From Candidatus Woesearchaeota archaeon (lineage in GTDB: Archaea; Nanobdellota; Nanobdellia; Woesearchaeales; JBJKQO01): a DNA stretch of 64,000 nucleotides. Shown here in pieces: positions 56,974 through 64,000 of this stretch. The notes below the pieces were generated by a model that made no database searches, was not told the DNA's origin, and was given only the letters and a program-made list of their open reading frames with translations. Positions within the stretch are counted from its first letter, which is position 1. Each line of letters begins with the position of its first letter. A program made the translations under genes and the position numbers. The stretch is from the NCBI GenBank assembly GCA_046705145.1, contig JBJKQO010000054.1:8199-72198 (forward strand), written 5' to 3'.

Positions 56974-58521
56974 ATGGCAAAGATAATATTCATAGTCGGA
57001 AAAGAGGAAAAAGAAGCACAATCAAAGGAAGGTGAAAGCCTTCTTGACATCGCAACAAGGGTTGGAATCAAGATAAATGCGCAGTGCGGAGGAAAAGGCA
57101 TATGTGGCAAGTGCACTGTAAGGATAGACGGCAGGATGGTCCTTGCATGCACGACATTTCCTGAAAATGATGTAACGGCCTATGTTCCAGAAACGCAAGG
57201 GAAGATACTTGGCGCACAAAAGAAGTCTCCTGAAAAGATAGATCCTATAGGAAAAGGTATTGGGCTTGCTGTTGATATAGGCACTACAACTGTTGTCGCT
57301 GCTCTTGTTGATATGGACAAAGGAGCTGTCATCGACAGCGCATCCGACTACAACAGGCAGATCAATCTTGGTGCAGATGTGCTTTCGCGGATGCTTCACG
57401 CAAAAAAAGTTGGCGGGCTTGATAAGTTAAGAGATCTTGTTGTCGCAACGATCAATGACCTTATTTCGGCGCTTCTTGATAAGAACAGCCAAGTATCAAA
57501 GGATGATATCAGGACTGCTGTGATAACAGGAAACACTATAATGACTTACCTTTTCTTCGGAAAAGATCCGAGTTCTATCAGGACTGAAGCAGTTGTCGAG
57601 ACATCTTTTGATGAGGTAAGCGGAAAACAAAGCATGCTTGGCATAAGTGATGATGCGAGGGTCATATGCTTTGATGCCATATCAGGTTATGTTGGGGGAG
57701 ATATTGTCGCAGATATAATATGCACGGGCCTTGACAGTGAAGAGAAGAACACTTTGCTTATAGATGTCGGGACAAACGGGGAAGTGGTGCTTGGGAACAG
57801 GGAATGGATGATGTGTGCAAGCAGTTCTGCCGGGCCTTCATTTGAAGGTGGTGAGGTAAAGTGCGGGATGCGGGCTACAGGCGGGGCCATAGACTCTGTG
57901 AGGGTGAAAAGCGAGACAGAAGTAACGTATACCACGATAGATGGAGGCGAGGCTTTGGGGATCTGCGGGACAGGGCTAATAGACCTTATTGCAGAGCTGT
58001 TTGATAAAGGCATGATAGACAGGAGCGGAAACTTTGATGCCGCAAAGCTAAAGGTTAACAATTTGCATCTGGGGCAGGGGTATGACAGCCAGGACCCTAG
58101 GTTTTACTTGACAAAAGATGTGTTCATATCAGAGAGGGATATCAAGAACATAATAAGGAGCAAGGCTGCGATATTCGCTTCCCAGGCAATCCTTCTTGAG
58201 AACAGCAACCTGAAATTTGATGATGTTGACAGGCTTGTAATCGCAGGAGGATTTGGCAACTTCCTTGATATTGACCACACAATAAGGATAGGGATGTTTC
58301 CGAACATCACAAGGGACAAGGTGGTCTTTGCAGGAAACACTGCTATAAGCGGTGCTGTGTTCCTGCTGCTTGACAAGGCAAATCTTGAGAGGATGAAAAG
58401 GATCTCAAAAAGCGCAACATACATAGACCTGAACAGCGATACAGGATTCATGAAGCAGTACACTGCTGCGATGTTTCTGCCGCATACTGACACAGATATG
58501 TTTGATGTGAAAAACCAATAG
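56974..58521 (+). CDS. acsV: Corrinoid reductive activator (RACE/AcsV, ASKHA domain, DUF4445)
   Basis: N-terminal 2Fe-2S CGGKGICGKC...LAC; DIGTTT, G.DVLSR, GGDI, DVGTNGE, GICGTG and AGGFG. Confidence 0.93.
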   Translation: MAKIIFIVGKEEKEAQSKEGESLLDIATRVGIKINAQCGGKGICGKCTVRIDGRMVLACTTFPENDVTAYVPETQGKILGAQKKSPEKIDPIGKGIGLAVDIGTTTVVAALVDMDKGAVIDSASDYNRQINLGADVLSRMLHAKKVGGLDKLRDLVVATINDLISALLDKNSQVSKDDIRTAVITGNTIMTYLFFGKDPSSIRTEAVVETSFDEVSGKQSMLGISDDARVICFDAISGYVGGDIVADIICTGLDSEEKNTLLIDVGTNGEVVLGNREWMMCASSSAGPSFEGGEVKCGMRATGGAIDSVRVKSETEVTYTTIDGGEALGICGTGLIDLIAELFDKGMIDRSGNFDAAKLKVNNLHLGQGYDSQDPRFYLTKDVFISERDIKNIIRSKAAIFASQAILLENSNLKFDDVDRLVIAGGFGNFLDIDHTIRIGMFPNITRDKVVFAGNTAISGAVFLLLDKANLERMKRISKSATYIDLNSDTGFMKQYTAAMFLPHTDTDMFDVKNQ

Positions 58522-58541
58522 ATCAAAGAAGGTAACAAAAA

Positions 58542-59588
58542 ATGAAATCAAAACTAGGATACTGCAAGACTTTTCCGATAGGGTCATTTCCGCAGGGTAC
58601 AGCAGCAGAGGCTATGAAGCTTTGCATGGAATCATTTGACATACCGTGCTGGCCGCAGCTTCCAAAGCTTGGCTTCAATGAGAACATGTATGCCCAGTTC
58701 AATGAGGGGATCAGCCCGCTTGTGTTAAAGGACGATAAGATATACGCTGACACTACAGACGATGAAAGGATAGCAGAGCAGGTAGACAAGATACTTAATG
58801 ACTTCATGCAGGGAGAAACTAAAGACTATGCGATATCAGAGGAGTTCTCAAAGGGACTGTATCATTTTTTTGGAGAAAAAGATGCGCTTTCAAAAAGAGA
58901 GTTCATAAAAGGGCAGATCACAGGCCCGATAAGCTTCTGTCTTCAGGTGACAGACCAGGACAAGAAGCCTATACTTTACGACGAGCTTCTGTTTGAAGGT
59001 GTTACGCAGGCTCTTGCGCTAAAGGCGCAGTGGATGCTTGATGAGATGAAGAAGATCAACAAGAACGTGATAATCGCTGCAGATGAGCCTTTCCTTTCAA
59101 GCTTCGGATCAGCGTATATCAGCCTGACAAAAGAGCAGGTGATAGAAAGCGCTAATACTGTCTTTGGAAGGCTGGACTGTATCAGGTCCATGCACTGCTG
59201 CGCGAATACCAACTGGAGCATCCCTATGCAGACAGATGTTGACATAATATGCTTTGACGCTTATGAATATGCGAAGAATCTTCTGCTTTATCCCCAGGAG
59301 CTAAAAAAGTTTATTGATGACGGAAAGTTCCTTGGCTGGGGGATAGTGCCAAGCAGCAATGATCTTATCGCAAAAGAGGATGCACAGAGCCTGTTCAAAA
59401 GATTCAACGGGCTTGTGAAAGAATTTGCAGCAAAAGGCATAGACCAAGACAAGATGCTGAGGCAGTCTGTGCTGACTCCAAGCTGCGGCGTGGGATCACT
59501 GACAGAAGAAGCAAGCATCAAGGTGTGCAGGATGATCAAGGAGCTATCAAAAAAGATAAGAAATGAATACTCTCTTGAAGGTGATTAG
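58542..59588 (+). CDS. Core (single-barrel) methionine synthase, MesB/MesC-like
   Basis: IGSFP, WPQLP, KGQITGP, DEP, HCC Zn motif, FDAY, WGIVP and TPSCG; 348 aa, lacking the folate-binding N-terminal barrel of full MetE. Confidence 0.88.
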   Translation: MKSKLGYCKTFPIGSFPQGTAAEAMKLCMESFDIPCWPQLPKLGFNENMYAQFNEGISPLVLKDDKIYADTTDDERIAEQVDKILNDFMQGETKDYAISEEFSKGLYHFFGEKDALSKREFIKGQITGPISFCLQVTDQDKKPILYDELLFEGVTQALALKAQWMLDEMKKINKNVIIAADEPFLSSFGSAYISLTKEQVIESANTVFGRLDCIRSMHCCANTNWSIPMQTDVDIICFDAYEYAKNLLLYPQELKKFIDDGKFLGWGIVPSSNDLIAKEDAQSLFKRFNGLVKEFAAKGIDQDKMLRQSVLTPSCGVGSLTEEASIKVCRMIKELSKKIRNEYSLEGD

Positions 59589-59589
59589 A

Positions 59590-60321
59590 TTGGCAAAGAT
59601 AATATCAATAACCGGAAAAGGGGGCACTGGCAAGAGCACGATATCTGCTCTTCTTGCAATCACACTTTCAAAAAAAGGCAGGGTACTTGTCGTCGATGCT
59701 GACCCAAACTCAAATGTGAACGAGCTTTTGGGCCTGCCTGTCAAGGCGACAGTCGGTGGAGTGAGGGAAAGCGCGCTAAAAGAGCAGGGTATCACAAAGC
59801 AGGAATATATCAGGTTCCACATAGAGGATGCGATAAGCGAAGGGGATAATATAGACCTTATCGTGATGGGAAGGCCTGAAGGAAGGGGCTGCTACTGCTT
59901 TGCAAATTCCATGATAAGGGACTATACTGACACGATAATGAATGATTATGATTTTGTGATAATAGACAACGAAGCGGGGCTGGAGCATCTTAGCAGGAGG
60001 ACTACTGTCAGGTCTGATTTCGTGCTTATAGTGAGCGACTCGTTTCGTGCGACTGAATGCGCAGCAAGGATAATAGACCTTGCAAAAGAGGTGGAGATAG
60101 ATGTCGGAAAGGTTTTCCTGATACTAAACAAAGCAGCAAAGCAGGCTTCTGAAAAGACAGAAAATCTGATAAAAGAAAAAGGCATAGAAGTGATAGCAAG
60201 GATACCTTCTGATCCAAGGATAACAGAAGCTGACGAGAACTCAGTCCCTCTAAGCAAGATAGGAAAGGAATCAGACATGGTCAGGGCTGTTGAAGGTATT
60301 GTTGAGAGGATGGTCGGTTAG
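59590..60321 (+). CDS. cooC: CooC/AcsF nickel-insertion ATPase
   Basis: GKGGTGKS, DADPNSN, GCYC and DNEAGLEHLSR. TTG start at 59590 after a GGTGA RBS (ORF track 59563). Confidence 0.93.
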   Translation: MAKIISITGKGGTGKSTISALLAITLSKKGRVLVVDADPNSNVNELLGLPVKATVGGVRESALKEQGITKQEYIRFHIEDAISEGDNIDLIVMGRPEGRGCYCFANSMIRDYTDTIMNDYDFVIIDNEAGLEHLSRRTTVRSDFVLIVSDSFRATECAARIIDLAKEVEIDVGKVFLILNKAAKQASEKTENLIKEKGIEVIARIPSDPRITEADENSVPLSKIGKESDMVRAVEGIVERMVG

Positions 60322-60338
60322 GTAAAGAAGTAATATCC

Positions 60339-62372
60339 TCACTCATCCCCTTTTCCCGCAGTCTTTCTTTTGAACCTTTTGGAGGTGAGCCTGTGGAAGA
60401 ATGGGTACACTGCCTTGAACAGGTCTGTCTGGCTGACCACTCCCACCATCTTCTTTCCCTGTACTACGACGATGTGCCTGTATTTTTTCTGGAGCATCTC
60501 GTCGCCGGCGTCAAGGATGCTGATGTCAGATGATATCGTAAAGACAGGCCTGCTCATAAGCTTTCCTATGGGTGTAGAGACAAGCTTTTCTGGCGCGCTT
60601 ACAAGGCAGTGAAGGAAATCCTTCTCTGTGAATATGCCTATCGGTTCTCCTGACTTGACAACAACAATGCTGCTTATGCCTGATTCTCTCATAAGAGACA
60701 GGGCTTCCTCTATCGGCGTGTTTTCTTCTGCCTTGACGACTGTCCTTTTCATGACAGAATTCAGGGAAGGTATAGATTCAGGTTTTACTCCTTTTGACAG
60801 ATTGATGCTAAGCATGTGGTCAAAGACATGGGTCTGGGTAAGTATGCCGTCTATATCTCCATGGTTCAAGATGGGTATCTTCCTCACTTTCCCTGATTTC
60901 ATAAGCCGCGCTGCCTCGTATACTGCAGCGTCGACTTCCACAATTAGAGGTGATTCGTCCATGACATCTGCAACTTTTAGTTTCCTGTACTTGCTCGTGT
61001 CATCTATCTTTCTTAGGATCGTTTTTTCTGAAAGCGTGCCTTTTATCTTTCCTGCTTCAAGGACGCATGCGTAATTGAAGTCCTGGTCATCCATAACAGG
61101 AAGTATCTCTGAAAGCAGCGCTTCAGGGGATGTGGCAGGCACTTCTTCTGACATTATTTCCTGTACAGGTGAAAGAAGCGCGCGTTCGATCTTTTTTTCA
61201 GTATCCTTTGTTCCAAGATATTCCATGGTCTTGCCAAAAGCGAAAAGCGCCCCTATGAGGAGAGATATTATAGCGACAGGAATCCCTACGATCCATATCA
61301 GTTTCCTTAGTGATATCCTCTTGTAAAACGCTTCCTTGTAGGTTAAGGATCCCTGCTTTTGCTGCTCTGAGGATGATGTTATGTTCTCGGGCGTGTTATT
61401 TTCTTTTTGTCCAAGAAGGTCTTCGTTTCCTGATGTGAAATTTCCTGAGCAGTTTGAGCAGTTTCCATCAACTTTTTTCAGGTTTATGTTTGATACGTTT
61501 CCTATCCCAGAATTTAGTTGGTCTGGGTCTCCTGCACCCTGAGATGCTCCTGCGCCTGATTGGTTGCTTGTGCTTTTTGGATTAGTTGTGGTTTCTTTTT
61601 TCTTGTTTGGGTCTGGCTTCAGGTATTTTAGCCACTTGTCAACTATCCCTTTGGCTGATGAGTTGCCTCCATCATCACCTTCTGCTTCCCTGCTGTCATG
61701 ATCAGATCCTAAAGATCTCTCTGAAGGACCTGATGAATCTCCTTCGCCTGAAGACGTGTCTGATGATTCCTGCTGCTGCGAGCCTGATGATCCTCCAGCG
61801 GCGCCTGTTCCTGAAGATGATCCTGCAGAGCTTCCCCCGGAATCATCCCCTCCAGACCCTCCCTCGCCAAAATCTGATCCTCCACCACCCGGTGGTCCTG
61901 TACCTTTTGATGGGCCTATGCCTATTTTTGAAAGCCAGTCAATAAGTTTTGAGTTGAAGCTGCTAAACACCCCTCCTGATACCTGGATGACGAGATTTCT
62001 TGATGCCTGGACTGTCCTTCCTGGAGAAGCGTCGATGATGACTGAATCAAAATCTGCTACTTTCAGCTCTATCGGCGACCCTTCCGGAGCCATTATGGTG
62101 CCCTGGTTGAAAAAGTAGTATCCTTCAAGGGTCTGGTCGCCTAATGAGTCTGCCTGGCTTTTTGTCAGTGTAAAGGCTGTGCTTGTATGCTCGCTTCCTT
62201 CCCCATCAACCCATCTTGCTGTCACTGCAAAGCTGGGCTTGGGGTTTGAGTCCTGGTCCACTACCTTTCCGTAAACTGTAGTGGGAGGTTGTGGTGGCTG
62301 GGCTAATACCAGCAAAGGTATGATAAGGATACAGATAAGTGATAAGAAAGAAAATCTTAGGTTCATTATCAC
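60339..62372 (-). CDS. Single-pass membrane protein with exported N-terminal domain, Gly/Ser linker and cytoplasmic tandem CBS domains
   Basis: Signal peptide; G/S-rich tract; TM helix LIWIVGIPVAIISLLIGALFAFG; four CBS repeats (e.g. GTLSEK.I, GILTQT.V, GIFTEKDF, GVVSQTDL). Confidence 0.85.
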   Translation of the reverse strand: MIMNLRFSFLSLICILIIPLLVLAQPPQPPTTVYGKVVDQDSNPKPSFAVTARWVDGEGSEHTSTAFTLTKSQADSLGDQTLEGYYFFNQGTIMAPEGSPIELKVADFDSVIIDASPGRTVQASRNLVIQVSGGVFSSFNSKLIDWLSKIGIGPSKGTGPPGGGGSDFGEGGSGGDDSGGSSAGSSSGTGAAGGSSGSQQQESSDTSSGEGDSSGPSERSLGSDHDSREAEGDDGGNSSAKGIVDKWLKYLKPDPNKKKETTTNPKSTSNQSGAGASQGAGDPDQLNSGIGNVSNINLKKVDGNCSNCSGNFTSGNEDLLGQKENNTPENITSSSEQQKQGSLTYKEAFYKRISLRKLIWIVGIPVAIISLLIGALFAFGKTMEYLGTKDTEKKIERALLSPVQEIMSEEVPATSPEALLSEILPVMDDQDFNYACVLEAGKIKGTLSEKTILRKIDDTSKYRKLKVADVMDESPLIVEVDAAVYEAARLMKSGKVRKIPILNHGDIDGILTQTHVFDHMLSINLSKGVKPESIPSLNSVMKRTVVKAEENTPIEEALSLMRESGISSIVVVKSGEPIGIFTEKDFLHCLVSAPEKLVSTPIGKLMSRPVFTISSDISILDAGDEMLQKKYRHIVVVQGKKMVGVVSQTDLFKAVYPFFHRLTSKRFKRKTAGKGDE

Positions 62373-64000
62373 GGCCTCCAGAGGACATCTGTCTTTACGT
62401 CAATAAGGTATCCTGTTCCTGGCTTCGCATCGTTGAGGGTGTTTGGCTGGAAGGCTGGAGGTATGGGGCTGTAAGTGTTCCACTTCTCAAGATCTGTGTT
62501 GTATGAATATATGCTGTAGTAATATCCGTCTATCGAAGAGAAAGCGGATGATATATTAACATCAGAATCTGAATATGGAAGCCCAATGAAGTTCCAGCCT
62601 GAGACCAGGTTTCTCGTGAAGTTGACTGGCCTGTATCCTGTTATCTCCAGAGTATCATCAGATATCATGTCTATCCAATAGCTTTTTCCGACGCTTAGCT
62701 GGAGCAGGCTGTTAGGGCTGTCAAAAACTGTCCTCTGGGGGTTAAAGACCTCCCAGCTGCCTGATTCTGAGTTGTAGTAGTATATCCTCCTGTAGTTTCC
62801 TGAAACTGATGCCAGGACTGTCTCAGTCGACTGGTCTTCAAGTATCAAAGGTATTGATATGAGGTTCCAGCCAAAAACAAGGTCTATGCTGAAGTCTACC
62901 GGAAGCGTTACGTTTATCAGCTGCGTCACCTTAGGGTTTCCTGTTCCCCTCATGCCTGAGGTATCATTGACCCTGAAGTTATAGGTGTATGTTGTCCTCT
63001 CATAATTTTCAGGGTCCCATTCATAGTAGCATGTTCCGTTCTGTGCTTCTTCCTCAAACATGTTCACTACATTTGTTCTGGTCCATTCAGTGTCGCATAT
63101 CCCGTCTTTTGACAAGCATACTTCGCAGCTCTGATCAAGGCCTGATCCTGTCTCGATCAATGAGGCAAAAAGCACGACTTTTCCGATTATCTTGTCTCCT
63201 ACGTCGCTGACATATACTTTTGGCGGCAGGTTGTCAGTTACGTTTATCCTTTTTGCCGGACCTACATAGTACTGCTCGTTTCCTGATGTGTCTATGGCTG
63301 TGACAGCATAGTAATATGAGGATCCTATCTCAACTCCTGGATCATCATAAGATATTCCTGTTGTGTTTGCTATAGGGATCATTCTGCTTACATCATAGAA
63401 ATATGATCCTGACCTGTATATCTTATAGTAGCTGACATCAGAAGCGTTTGTCTGACCCCATGATACGACCACCTTTAGCTCGTCTTCTGCCTGCACAAGT
63501 GATGTTATCTTGACCTGAGGAGGAGGGGTTGTGTCTGGGCAGTTTCCACAGTCATATGGACATGTTTCGCAGCTTTCATCATCATCACATATGCTATTAC
63601 CACAGGATGCTGTGCAGTTTCCGCAATCGATGCTGCAGCTGCTGCAGTTCTCATCTCCATTGCATGATCCATCACCGCAAAACTGTTGGTCTGAACCGCA
63701 GTCAGAAAAGCAGCTTGTGAAGTTTTCATATCCGTTACAGATACTGTCACCGCAATAGAAAGGCGCCTGTGTGCCGTTGTTTATGCAGTATATGTGGCTG
63801 TAGTTTCCGCAGACAGTAGTGTGTCTCCACTCAACCCAATCATCATTGTTAAAGTAGGCGACGCCCGTAGTGCCATAAGTGGAGCTTGTGTTGGTGAACC
63901 AGTTCCAGCACGTGTTCGCAACAGAGCCGTTAGAGCTTGTTCCTGTCCAGACATAAAGGTTTGCTCCCAAAAGTTGATACCCATACTCGTTCCTGTTGAT
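62369..64000 (-). CDS. Large Cys-rich secreted/surface protein, 3' part (start lies beyond the window)
   Basis: Frame is open to 64000; three CG(D/N)xxCxxxExCxxCxxDC repeats, an Fn3-like domain and two GWN(L/F)I repeats. Confidence 0.85.
   Translation of the reverse strand: MNRNEYGYQLLGANLYVWTGTSSNGSVANTCWNWFTNTSSTYGTTGVAYFNNDDWVEWRHTTVCGNYSHIYCINNGTQAPFYCGDSICNGYENFTSCFSDCGSDQQFCGDGSCNGDENCSSCSIDCGNCTASCGNSICDDDESCETCPYDCGNCPDTTPPPQVKITSLVQAEDELKVVVSWGQTNASDVSYYKIYRSGSYFYDVSRMIPIANTTGISYDDPGVEIGSSYYYAVTAIDTSGNEQYYVGPAKRINVTDNLPPKVYVSDVGDKIIGKVVLFASLIETGSGLDQSCEVCLSKDGICDTEWTRTNVVNMFEEEAQNGTCYYEWDPENYERTTYTYNFRVNDTSGMRGTGNPKVTQLINVTLPVDFSIDLVFGWNLISIPLILEDQSTETVLASVSGNYRRIYYYNSESGSWEVFNPQRTVFDSPNSLLQLSVGKSYWIDMISDDTLEITGYRPVNFTRNLVSGWNFIGLPYSDSDVNISSAFSSIDGYYYSIYSYNTDLEKWNTYSPIPPAFQPNTLNDAKPGTGYLIDVKTDVLWRP

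Noticed and set aside
9552-63984. Numerous 60-180 aa antisense or alternate-frame ORFs in the track
   Set aside because: They are shadows of well-supported genes and have no recognisable motifs.

Overview
Archaeal chromosome segment, most likely DPANN/Woesearchaeota-like. The archaeal call rests on aIF2-gamma, aMBF1, RadB, archaeal S2 and intron-containing tRNAs; the finer taxonomy is inference. It carries housekeeping genes, two giant Cys-rich secreted proteins, sugar-nucleotide and glycosylation genes (five GT-C-like membrane proteins, two GT2, a UbiA, two heptose enzymes) and scattered singleton genes. Four things stand out. (1) A compact operon at 52.5-60.3 kb: bacterial-type acetyl-CoA synthase, both CFeSP subunits, the RACE activator, a folate-independent core methionine synthase and CooC, with no CODH or AcsE in the window. 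It may be an acetyl-CoA-cleaving, CO-releasing methyl supply for methionine. (2) A tRNA with a serine-type body but a GAA (Phe) anticodon and a 13-nt T-loop intron, plus an orphan GAA anticodon-arm copy just upstream. (3) Four MITE-like intergenic elements with a conserved three-block scaffold, shuffled hairpin modules and flanking direct repeats, plus a second hairpin-element type around and within the ACS operon. (4) A degenerate tRNA-Ala(CGC) and a GT-C gene split by one in-frame TAG. All protein assignments come from motif recognition by eye; no database searches were run.
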